A DNA stretch of 60,959 nucleotides, counting the filler, from Nitrospinae bacterium RIFCSPLOWO2_12_FULL_45_22 (GTDB lineage: Bacteria > 2-12-FULL-45-22): assembly GCA_001803565.1 (NCBI GenBank). It is 4 parts of 4 records of this genome, joined end to end, with 100 filler letters (N's around TTAATTAATTAA, not from the genome) between each part and the next. Parts side by side here need not be neighbours in the genome. Positions count along the whole stretch, not along the records: positions 1 to 12,835 come from MHDQ01000290.1; 3 more parts are not named here. One strand, given 5' to 3'. A model generated the notes under the pieces. That model had not been told where the DNA came from. It was given only the letters and a program-made list of their open reading frames with translations, and searched no databases. The translations under genes were made by a program, and so were the position numbers. Shown here piece after piece: positions 1 through 8,637 of this stretch (position 1 is its first letter; every line of letters begins with the position of its first letter).

Positions 1-593
1 TTGGTATGCGCAAATAATTATGTCGCTCTGTATAGGTTTGGTACGAGATAAAGGGAAAAAATCTATCTACTCCCCCATAATACCTCGTACCAAACTCCCC
101 CACCCGTTATGTTGGATCATGGAGCAAGTTCTATGCCATAAAAATGGAATAGCTTAATTGGAACTGCCTCGAGGGGGCAAATGCCGTACCAATAAAGATA
201 TGGGGAATTATATTGCCAGAGAACCCGGACATTCAGGGCAACAGCTTCCGATTTTTGATCACCCAACAATGTATTACATTTTGAAAGAGATCCATCTGAT
301 GCCTTGATGGAGGCCCATATTTCTCTATTACAATTTTTAATGGTCAATTAATCCTGATTGACATGGGGGAGTTTTTTCAATAGAATGGTGTTTTGAATAG
401 TTCAGTAAGACTCTATCCCCTTTATCTGGTGATAAATCTTAGGAGGTCTAGTAGGAATTACATATTTTACAGGAATTTCGTTTTTGGACGCACACCCACT
501 TCGTGGGTACCCGACGCAGATTTTCAGGATTTTAAATACAAATTACGAGTCCGTGCCCGTGGTCCGTGTCCTAATGGTGCATCATAATATTAA

Positions 594-2180
594 ATGAAGA
601 TAACCATAAATAAAAAATTAATGATACTCTGTTTAAGTATAGCAGTACCTGAGGCCCTTATCCTGGGGGCTATTAGTTATCGCTCTTTACAAGAATTGGT
701 CCAGGTGAACCGTCAGTTGGAAGAGATAAGCCGGTCTCTAGAAATAACCAATCTCTTAGGCAGGACTATTAATCAAACTATTATACCCATCAGCAGTTAC
801 TTGATGAGTGGTGACCCGCAGGAGCAGCAACGTTTTCAGAAATTAAAGGAAGTAATTAGAAGAAACCTGGCTTTGTGTCACAATGGCCAATGCCATAGTA
901 GCACCAAACAACCCGCTGAGATGGTCAAGGTTATCCAACCAATAATTAAGGAGGTAGATGAAAAATCGAGGACCATCTTTGCCCTTTCGTATCCCTTGCA
1001 GGATAATTTAAGCGGGCCCTTAATAAAGGGCATAGAAGAGCTGGCCGGGAGGGCAGATATTTTATTAGGCAGGATGTCAGCCGCTCTTCTTATACGGGTA
1101 GAAGAATTAAGGCAACGGTCCCAGAAAATCAGCCAAAAAAACCTGAACGCTATCCTGATAGCTATGGCAGTATTAGTGGCCCTGGCTGCCCTGGTCTCTC
1201 ATTACATCTCGCGCCGGCTTACCTATCCCTTGTATCAGCTTCTATTTGGTATCCAGAAGGTAGTTAAAGGGGACCTGGACCAGCGTATAGAGGTAAAGGT
1301 AAAGGACGAGATTGGGGAATTGACATATTCTTTTAATCATATGGTTAAAGAGTTAAAGACTTACCGGGATAGCTATGAGGAATATAGGAGGTCATTAGAA
1401 CAAGAGGTAAAAGAAAAGAGCGATGAGTTGCGTCAAACCGAGGCCTTTCTTATTCAATCGGATAAATTGGCCTCCATCGGGCTGTTGGCCAGTGGGGTGG
1501 CCCATGAGCTTAATAATCCCTTAACCAGTATCTTGATGAATGTTAATTTACTAATGGAGACTACCTATAAAGATACCGAGTTGCATAGAGAATTACAAAA
1601 GATTGATGAAGACGGCTCTCGGTGCAAGAAGATAGTAGAAGACCTATTAAGCTTCGCGCGCCAGAATAAGGAGATGAACCGCAATAATAATATAGAAAAG
1701 GGTTGTTTTGAGGTAAATAAATCTCTGGAGAAGACCCTTTCTTTTATCCAACCTGAGATCTTACGACGAGATATAAAGATTGATTTAGACCTGGCCCCCG
1801 AGATTCCCTCCTGTATCGGTGATGAAAAGTATATCCAGCAAGTCTTTATAAATATTATCCTTAATGCCATCCAATCAATAGAGAAGAGGGGTAAAATAAA
1901 TACCTCAACTTCATTCTCTCGCCCGGATAATGGGGTGGAGATAATCATTAAAGATAACGGTCCGGGCATACCTAAAGAACACCGAGATAAGCTCTTTGAT
2001 CCCTTCTTTACCACCAAGCCTGAAGGGACTGGCCTCGGTTTATCCATCTGTTATGGAATCATCAGCCGGTATGGAGGCGCGATAGAAATTGAGAGCCTTA
2101 CCCGGGAGGAGATAAGCCCAGAAATGGAGAATGTCGCTCCCGGCACGACAGTTAAGCTGACCCTGCCGGCAGTAAAGTAG
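594..2180 (+). CDS. Membrane sensor histidine kinase (TM-periplasmic helical domain-TM-HAMP-HisKA-HATPase)
   Basis: Two hydrophobic segments; HAMP (DEIGELTYSFNHM); H-box GVAHELNNPL; N-box NIILNAIQ; G1 DNGPGI; F/G2 FDPFFTTKPEGTGLGL. Confidence 0.95.
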   Translation: MKITINKKLMILCLSIAVPEALILGAISYRSLQELVQVNRQLEEISRSLEITNLLGRTINQTIIPISSYLMSGDPQEQQRFQKLKEVIRRNLALCHNGQCHSSTKQPAEMVKVIQPIIKEVDEKSRTIFALSYPLQDNLSGPLIKGIEELAGRADILLGRMSAALLIRVEELRQRSQKISQKNLNAILIAMAVLVALAALVSHYISRRLTYPLYQLLFGIQKVVKGDLDQRIEVKVKDEIGELTYSFNHMVKELKTYRDSYEEYRRSLEQEVKEKSDELRQTEAFLIQSDKLASIGLLASGVAHELNNPLTSILMNVNLLMETTYKDTELHRELQKIDEDGSRCKKIVEDLLSFARQNKEMNRNNNIEKGCFEVNKSLEKTLSFIQPEILRRDIKIDLDLAPEIPSCIGDEKYIQQVFINIILNAIQSIEKRGKINTSTSFSRPDNGVEIIIKDNGPGIPKEHRDKLFDPFFTTKPEGTGLGLSICYGIISRYGGAIEIESLTREEISPEMENVAPGTTVKLTLPAVK

Positions 2181-2267
2181 GTAATTGGGTTATTAGGTTA
2201 TTAGGGTTATAGGGAAGAGGGCGCGATCTGTATTGGCTGAAACCCGAAACCCAACTAGAGGAGTGTT

Positions 2268-3644
2268 ATGGATAGATCAAATAACCATAAGGGCAATATT
2301 CTGGTGGTAGATGATGAGATAAGAATAGGTGAGGCAATAAAAAAGGCCCTGGAGAGGAGTGGGTATCAGGTAGAGACTGCTGTTAATGGGACCCTGGCCT
2401 TAGAAAAGATGAAAGAAGCCCCCTTTGAGGTAGTCATTTGCGACCTAAAATTACCCGATATGGATGGTGTCCAATTGTTGCGCGAGATCAAAGAAAACCA
2501 ACTTGATACTACTGTGATTATGGTAACTGGATATGCCACGGTCGAGTCGGCTATCTCATCTATAAAATTAGGTGCCCAGGAATACATCTGTAAGCCCTTT
2601 AAGCCAGAACAGATTAGGGCGGCAGTGAGTGAGGCATTGGAAAAGAGGGATATCCTGAGTGATGAGTTACAAGAATTATATGGCCATCAGATAATAGTAG
2701 GCAAGAGCCCCCAGATGAGAAAGGTTTTTCAAATGGCCCAAAAAGTAGCGGATAATAACTCCAATGTGCTGATTACCGGGGAGAGTGGTACTGGCAAGGA
2801 GGTGGTAGCCCGAACCACCCATGCTTTTAGCCCCAGGGCCAGTAAACCTTTTGTAACAGTTAATTGTGCTGCTATCCCGGAGACATTACTGGAAAGCGAG
2901 CTTTTCGGCCACCGGAAAGGGGCCTTTACCGGAGCTACTTACAGCCGTAAAGGGAGCTTCGAGTTGGCCCATGGTGGGACTATTTTTTTAGATGAAATTG
3001 GGGAAATGAAGGTAGACATGCAGGCTAAAATCCTTAGGGTCCTGGATGAACGTAAGGTAAAAAGGGTGGGGGCAGAAGAGACTATTGGCATTGATGTGCG
3101 CGTTATTGCGGCTAGCAATAAAAATTTGGAAGAAGAGATGCGATCGGGCAATTTCAGAGAAGACCTCTTCTATCGCTTAAATGTGATCCAGATAGCCATC
3201 CCTCCTTTGCGGGAACATAAAGAAGATATCTCTATCCTTGCTCATTATTTCCTTAAAGTTTATCAGGAAGAGATGAAGAAAAAAATAAATGGATTTTCTG
3301 AGGAAGTGATGAACTCCCTGCTGGCTTATGACTGGCCAGGAAATATTAGGGAATTAAAGAATGCTATTGAGAGGGCAGCTATCCTGGTGGAAAAAAATTC
3401 TCCCCTTAGAAAAAGCCACTTTCCTCACCAGATCCAACTCCTAAGTCCCAGCCGGTGCGCAAAAAGGGAGGGGAAAGAAGGGGGTCTAAAGACTATAGCC
3501 CCCCTGAAAGATATGGAGATCAAATATATTGAAGAGGTCATGGAGATGTGCAGAGGTAATAAAACAAAAGCGGCAAGGCTGCTGGGTATTACACCGGTAA
3601 CTATCTGGCGAAAGTTAAGTAAAGGATTGCACTCAGATCGATAG
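2268..3644 (+). CDS. NtrC-family sigma-54-dependent response regulator
   Basis: Receiver (ILVVDDE, CDLKLPDMDG), Walker A GESGTGKE, GAFTGA loop, FLDEIG, WPGNIRELKN, C-terminal Fis-type HTH. Confidence 0.97.
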   Translation: MDRSNNHKGNILVVDDEIRIGEAIKKALERSGYQVETAVNGTLALEKMKEAPFEVVICDLKLPDMDGVQLLREIKENQLDTTVIMVTGYATVESAISSIKLGAQEYICKPFKPEQIRAAVSEALEKRDILSDELQELYGHQIIVGKSPQMRKVFQMAQKVADNNSNVLITGESGTGKEVVARTTHAFSPRASKPFVTVNCAAIPETLLESELFGHRKGAFTGATYSRKGSFELAHGGTIFLDEIGEMKVDMQAKILRVLDERKVKRVGAEETIGIDVRVIAASNKNLEEEMRSGNFREDLFYRLNVIQIAIPPLREHKEDISILAHYFLKVYQEEMKKKINGFSEEVMNSLLAYDWPGNIRELKNAIERAAILVEKNSPLRKSHFPHQIQLLSPSRCAKREGKEGGLKTIAPLKDMEIKYIEEVMEMCRGNKTKAARLLGITPVTIWRKLSKGLHSDR

Positions 3645-3741
3645 CCCCTTGTTCTTATAATTAACCGAACATCGGATTAACAGAGTACCCCCATTAAAAA
3701 ATGTAATGGAATAAAGAGCCAAAAACCCTACTACTGGCACT

Positions 3742-3871
3742 AATCCGAAAAATGCGTATATGCTCTCAAATAGTTGTAGGGCAAGGCTTCAGCCTTGCAT
3801 GAAATATTTGCCGAAGCAAGCTTAAAGGCTTGCCCTACCTGAGTTTGAAAAGAGAATTGCATTTTTCGGGT
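3742..3871. repeat. 130-bp REPIN/MITE-like element, copy 1
   Basis: About 5 mismatches to 4059-4188; terminal inverted repeats CCGAAAAATGC/GCATTTTTCGG; internal GTAGGGCAAG...CTTGCCCTAC inverted pair. Confidence 0.9.
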
Positions 3872-4005
3872 TAATATCCTTACAAAACTTAACCGCAATA
3901 TTCCCCACATTCCCCACCAAAAAGCTTAAAAAATAATAATCTCTTATCGTTTTTGCCTGCCAAGGGGTCAAAGTGGGTTCTTCATTCGCCATAAGAATAA
4001 GTCCT

Positions 4006-4020
4006 TGGCATAAAAATTGC
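4006..4020 (+). promoter_or_regulatory. Sigma-54 (-24/-12) promoter for the cupin-Qrc/ACIII-like operon
   Basis: TGGCATAAAAATTGC with exact GG-N10-GC spacing, downstream of an NtrC-family activator gene. Confidence 0.8.
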
Positions 4021-4058
4021 TCTTGTTAGGTAGAATATTTTTCTACTACACCATGTTG

Positions 4059-4188
4059 AATCCGAAAAATGCGTATATGCTCTCAAATAGTTGTAGGGCA
4101 AAGATTCAGCCTTGCATGAAATATTTGCCGAAGCAAGCCTGAAGGCTTGCCCTACCTGAGTTTGAAAAAAGAATTGCATTTTTCGGGT
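4059..4188. repeat. 130-bp REPIN/MITE-like element, copy 2
   Basis: Direct repeat of 3742-3871. Confidence 0.9.
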
Positions 4189-4208
4189 GAAGATAAGGAC
4201 GAATAAAG

Positions 4209-4571
4209 GTGTCCAATATTAGAGTAATAGAAAATGGGGCCTCTTTAGTAGCCATCCAAAAAACCGGTTTAACTATAAAATGGATTTTTAAAAATGAATT
4301 CCTGGAGATATTAACTTTAGAGATGGGCCCAAGGACCTTATTAGAAGAGCCCTATATTTGCCAATATCAGGGTATCCATCACATTCTTGATGGAGAATTA
4401 ATATTTGAAACAGCAAGGGAATCTTATCAGGTTAAGAAAGGGGATATTATTTGGTGGGGCTCTGGTCCGTCTTTTAGAATAAAGAACCCCAATAATTTTA
4501 AAGGAATTATTTATACCTTACTTCTTAAGCCTGAATCTTGCACAAATGCCAGTGGTAGCCAGCTACATTGA
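4209..4571 (+). CDS. Small cupin-fold protein
   Basis: Cupin-like pattern (HHILDGELIF, YQVKKGDIIWW, FRIKNP); GTG start with purine-rich RBS. Confidence 0.65.
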   Translation: MSNIRVIENGASLVAIQKTGLTIKWIFKNEFLEILTLEMGPRTLLEEPYICQYQGIHHILDGELIFETARESYQVKKGDIIWWGSGPSFRIKNPNNFKGIIYTLLLKPESCTNASGSQLH

Positions 4572-4618
4572 CAAAAATATGATTTATATTTAAACTTTAC
4601 TTCTTTTAATTTAATAGT

Positions 4619-4684
4619 ATAGGAATTTTCATTTTAATAATGCGGTTTTGTGGTAGTCGCAGGCTTTAGCCGGCGCTAATTTAA
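4619..4684. repeat. Dispersed GTAG-type REP-containing repeat; inverted copy at 56969-57034
   Basis: ATAGGAATTTTCAT...GTAGTCGCAGGCTTTAGCC matches the reverse complement of 56969-57034 with few mismatches. Confidence 0.85.
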
Positions 4685-4694
4685 AAAGGGATAA

Positions 4695-5201
4695 TTGGAT
4701 ATGCCGAAGAAGATCATCTTTAGTCTATATCTAGTTTTGGTCATTGGGGCAGTAGTTGTCTACTGGTCGAAGATCGGAGAGCCCAACATAAAACAGCCTA
4801 TACAATTTAACCATTTAAAGCACAAAGAAGTAGCTGATTGTGAAACCTGCCATAAATATATTAAGGAGCAAGCTTTTGCTAGCTTGCCGGTTAAAGAGGA
4901 TTGTGCGGCCTGTCATGAGAGTCCTATTACCGATAGCCCGGAGGAGAAAAAACTCCTGGATTTTATTGAAAAGGGAAAGAACATTTCGTGGGCTCGCCTC
5001 TATGAGTTACCTCCTCATGTCTATTTTTCCCACAAGAGGCACGTGACCATTGGTGATTTAGAATGCAAGTCGTGTCATGGTTATATGGCAGACCAGCAAA
5101 GCCCACCCAAAAAACCCTTAGTAGCCCTTATGATGGATGATTGCATCGCGTGCCATAGGAGCGCCGGTATTAAAACAGATTGCATAGCTTGTCACCGATA
5201 A
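4695..5201 (+). CDS. Membrane-anchored pentaheme cytochrome c (QrcA/ActA-like)
   Basis: N-terminal TM; CETCH, CAACH, CKSCH, CIACH, CIACH; QPIQFNH and LPPHVYFSHKRH typical of the family. Confidence 0.9.
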   Translation: MDMPKKIIFSLYLVLVIGAVVVYWSKIGEPNIKQPIQFNHLKHKEVADCETCHKYIKEQAFASLPVKEDCAACHESPITDSPEEKKLLDFIEKGKNISWARLYELPPHVYFSHKRHVTIGDLECKSCHGYMADQQSPPKKPLVALMMDDCIACHRSAGIKTDCIACHR

Positions 5202-5206
5202 ACAAG

Positions 5207-5365
5207 TTCAATGCAAAATGCAAAATTAACAATTAGCATTTCAAAATAATAGAGGCAAGGGGCAATAGGCAATGGGTTATGAATTCTCTATTTGCTCCCC
5301 ATTGCCTATAGCCTCTCGCCTAACATTGTTAATTGTTAATTTTGCATTGTTAATTTTGCAATGAA
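5207..5365. repeat. Heptamer-periodic palindrome (family A) with a second periodic hairpin in its loop
   Basis: Arms match 7823-7913 and 57888-57977; extra AGGCAAG-GGGCAAT-AGGCAAT...ATTGCCT hairpin at ~5251-5321. Confidence 0.85.
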
Positions 5366-5375
5366 GGGAAGATGA

Positions 5376-7808
5376 ATGATGGGTATAAACAGGAGGGATT
5401 TTTTAACCGCACTAGGTGTAGCCGGAGGTGGTTCTGCCCTGGCCTTTGGCCCCCAGGTGGGCCTCAAGGTCTTTCAAACCCTGTGGGGTGAAGATTGGGT
5501 AGAGGTACCAACGGGATTAGAGACTCGAATAAATTCTATCTGTCAGCAGTGTCCGGGTGGATGCGGGATAACTGTGAGGTTAGTGGGTGACCGTGCGGTA
5601 AAGATAGATGGTAATCCCTTCTATCCCATTAACCGGGGAGGCTTATGCCCCAAAGGACAATCTGGCCTCCAATCCCTTTATGACCCTGATAGGATACGAG
5701 GGCCGCTTAAACGGGTGGGAGAAAGGGGCGCCGGAAAATGGGAGTCTATCTCCTGGGATGATGCTATCAAAACAGTAATAACAAAGCTGCAGGAGATAAG
5801 AGAAAAAAAAGAAACCCATACCATAGCGATTATGGCAGGGGAAACCAGGGGCTTGATGCAGGCATTGTTGGAGAGATTTTTGCTGGCCTTTGGCTCACCT
5901 AATTATATCCGGGTCTCAGATGACCTGGCCGCCGGGCCCCTGGATGCCTTTTATCTCATGCAGGGATTAAAAGAGGGGCTGGTTTATGACCTGGAACAGG
6001 CCAACTATATATTATCTTTTGGCTGCGATCTGCTCCAGTCTTTCTGGTCCCCGGTGCAGGTCTTGAGGGCCTTTGGCTATATCAGGCGGGAAAGGGGCAG
6101 CCGTGCCCGGGTGATCCAGATAGAACCCCGCCAGTCTATAACCGCTACCAAAGCTGATGAGTGGATTCCAATCAATCCCGGTACTGAAGGGGCGCTAGCT
6201 TTAGGCATTGCCCACCTGATGATTAGAGAGGGGTTGCATGACGAAAATTTTATCTGGAATAATGCCTTTGGGTTTGAGGACTGGATAGATGATTCTCGGA
6301 TAAGCCACCAGGGCTTCAAGGGCCTGGTTCTTAAAGAATATTCGCCGGGTATTGTCTCTAGCATAACCGGGGTCCCCGTAGATGTGATAATACGATTGGC
6401 CCGGGAATTCGCTACTACTAAGCCAGCGGTGGCTATTGGACTGAGGGGTGATGTCCCTTCGCAGATGGCAGTCCATGCCTTAAATGCCCTGGTAGGAAGT
6501 ATTGATAGCCCAGGTGGAGTATTGGTAGCCCGGGATATCCCCGTTCCCGAATTACCCCCGATAGAGCCAGACGAGATTTCGCAAAAAGGGGCCCAGATGC
6601 CTCATATCGCCCAGCCGGCTAAAGAAAAGTATCTTTTAGCTGACTATTTACCCCATACCTTCCTGGAAAGGGCTTCAACGGGTGAGCCTTACAAATTAGA
6701 GGCCCTCTTCTTATATCAAACCAATCCCATATTTTCCTCTTTTAACCCGGAAGGGGTTGCTGGGGCATTGGACAAAATCCCTTTTATTGTTAGCTTCTCC
6801 TCTTTTATGGATGAGAGTAGCCAGCAGGCCGATCTGATTTTACCAGACCATACTTACCTGGAGAGGTGGCAGGACGACCCGGTCTATAACCTGAAAGGAT
6901 ACCCTATTATTGGGCTAAGAAGACCCGTGGTAAGCCCACTTTATGATACTCGTCATACCGGCGATGTTATTATCCAGTTGGCCAGGGGATTAGGTGGCTC
7001 TCTAGCCCAGGCCTTCCCCGGGAAAGATTTTCCGGAAACCCTTCAATACTATTTTCAGAAGCTCTTTGAACAAGGCCGGGGAGACCTGGTAGGACAGGAA
7101 TTTGAAGAGGCATGGTCTAAGCTCCTGGCCCGGGGCGGGTGGCGATCTCCTTCATACCAGACTGCCGAGGAATTTTGGCAAAGGCTGCAAGAAAAAGGGG
7201 GTTGGTGGGAACCTATCTATTATTATGGCGAGGGAGAAAGGGTCTTTAAAACACCTTCTCAAAGATTTGAGTTTTATTCCCAAATATTGAAGGAGAGGGT
7301 AGGGGTTCTGGCCGAAGAGAGGCTTAAGGCTATAGGGGTGCAGGTCCGGGGGGATAAGCTCTTTTTGCCCCACTGGGAGGCAGTCAAGCCGCCTGAAAGC
7401 AACGAAGAGCAGTATCCCTTTATCCTTAATATTTACCAGCCCCTGGTCTTTGCCGGGCTGATAAATGCAAGCCAACCCTTCCTGCAAGGAATCACCAGCC
7501 CAGCGCCTCTTGAAAGATGGGATTGTTGGATAGAGATAAACCCCGAGTTGGCCAAAAAATTGGGTATATCTTATGGAGACCAGGTATGGGTCGAGTCGCC
7601 CAGAGGTAAGTTGAGCTTCCGGGCCAAGTTGGTTGAGGGGGCGATGCCCGAAGTAGTTAATATCCCCCTGGGGGTTGGCCATAAGGCCTTGGGCCGCTGG
7701 GCAAAAAACATAGGAAAGAACCCCCTTTTAATAGTAGAAGGGCATTTAGAGCCTCTAACGGGAAGACCCCTTATCAATACTACCAGAGTGAAGATATATC
7801 GGGCATAG
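5376..7808 (+). CDS. Tat-exported molybdopterin-oxidoreductase-family subunit (QrcB/ActB1-like)
   Basis: NRRDFL Tat motif; CQQCPGGC...GLCPKG FS0 motif; ADLILPDHTYLE; C-terminal IEINPELAKKLGI...GDQVWVES domain. Confidence 0.9.
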   Translation: MMGINRRDFLTALGVAGGGSALAFGPQVGLKVFQTLWGEDWVEVPTGLETRINSICQQCPGGCGITVRLVGDRAVKIDGNPFYPINRGGLCPKGQSGLQSLYDPDRIRGPLKRVGERGAGKWESISWDDAIKTVITKLQEIREKKETHTIAIMAGETRGLMQALLERFLLAFGSPNYIRVSDDLAAGPLDAFYLMQGLKEGLVYDLEQANYILSFGCDLLQSFWSPVQVLRAFGYIRRERGSRARVIQIEPRQSITATKADEWIPINPGTEGALALGIAHLMIREGLHDENFIWNNAFGFEDWIDDSRISHQGFKGLVLKEYSPGIVSSITGVPVDVIIRLAREFATTKPAVAIGLRGDVPSQMAVHALNALVGSIDSPGGVLVARDIPVPELPPIEPDEISQKGAQMPHIAQPAKEKYLLADYLPHTFLERASTGEPYKLEALFLYQTNPIFSSFNPEGVAGALDKIPFIVSFSSFMDESSQQADLILPDHTYLERWQDDPVYNLKGYPIIGLRRPVVSPLYDTRHTGDVIIQLARGLGGSLAQAFPGKDFPETLQYYFQKLFEQGRGDLVGQEFEEAWSKLLARGGWRSPSYQTAEEFWQRLQEKGGWWEPIYYYGEGERVFKTPSQRFEFYSQILKERVGVLAEERLKAIGVQVRGDKLFLPHWEAVKPPESNEEQYPFILNIYQPLVFAGLINASQPFLQGITSPAPLERWDCWIEINPELAKKLGISYGDQVWVESPRGKLSFRAKLVEGAMPEVVNIPLGVGHKALGRWAKNIGKNPLLIVEGHLEPLTGRPLINTTRVKIYRA

Positions 7809-7822
7809 AGTGTGGGGATGGA

Positions 7823-7913
7823 TTCAATGCAAAATGCAAAATTAGCAATTAGCATTTCAAAATCAATTCCTTCTTGTTAATTGCTAATTTTACATTGTTA
7901 ATTTTGCAATGAA
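7823..7913. repeat. Heptamer-periodic palindrome, family A (no insert)
   Basis: TTCAATGCAAAATGCAAAATTAGCAATTAGCATTTC...TTTTGCAATGAA; 2 mismatches to the reverse complement of 57888-57977. Confidence 0.9.
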
Positions 7914-7934
7914 GGCAAAAGACGAAGTGGGTTT

Positions 7935-8636
7935 ATGGAGGAGAAAGAAGGTATGGTCCGATGGGGAATGGTTATAGACTTAGACAAGTGTACTGCCTGC
8001 CAGGCCTGTGTAGTAGCCTGTCAGGTGGAAAATAACGTACCTCCGGCTGATCCCACAATAGATGCTCAATACCGAGCAATCCATTGGTTGCGTTTACTAG
8101 AATATCGGGAAGGAGAATATCCTCATGTCCGTACCCGGCTGATACCCCGGCCCTGTATGCATTGCGATAAACCGCCCTGTGTCAAAGTCTGTCCAGTAGG
8201 GGCCACTAATATAGGCAGTGAAGGGATTGTAGATCAGATTTATGGCCGCTGTATTGGGTGCCGGTACTGTACCACTGCCTGTCCCTATACGGTCAAATAT
8301 ATGAACTGGTACCGACCCCGATGGCCTGAGGAGATGAAAAAGGCCTTTAATCCGGATGTTACCATCCGGCCCAAGGGGGTAGTAGAGAAATGTACCTTCT
8401 GCTCTCATCGGTTGATAAAGGCCCGGGAGAGGGTAAGGGCAGAGGCCAGGGAGCTAGGCCCGGGTGATTATATCCCAGCATGCGTAGAGACCTGTCCGAG
8501 TAACGCTATGTATTTTGGCGATCTGGAGAACCCTAACGGCACGGTTTTTCAGTTGGCCCGCAGTCACCGGGCCTTTAAGCTATTGGAAGATTTAGGTACT
8601 GAGCCTAAGGTTATCTATCTTTCTGAGGGAGAATAG
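7935..8636 (+). CDS. 4Fe-4S protein (QrcC/NrfC/DmsB family)
   Basis: WGMVIDLDKCTACQACVVAC, CMHCDKPPCVKVCP, CIGCRYCTTACP, KCTFC...PACVETCP. Confidence 0.95.
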   Translation: MEEKEGMVRWGMVIDLDKCTACQACVVACQVENNVPPADPTIDAQYRAIHWLRLLEYREGEYPHVRTRLIPRPCMHCDKPPCVKVCPVGATNIGSEGIVDQIYGRCIGCRYCTTACPYTVKYMNWYRPRWPEEMKKAFNPDVTIRPKGVVEKCTFCSHRLIKARERVRAEARELGPGDYIPACVETCPSNAMYFGDLENPNGTVFQLARSHRAFKLLEDLGTEPKVIYLSEGE

Positions 8637-8637
8637 G

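Noticed and set aside
36-587. 12-bp inverted repeat (36-47/84-95) and short ORFs 117-347 and 393-587
   Set aside because: Contig edge, no recognisable product; 393-587 overlaps repeat-like DNA
3982-4179. Short ORFs over repeat elements (also 21731-21949, 29370-29590, 41807-41992)
   Set aside because: Chance frames through palindromic or tandem repeats
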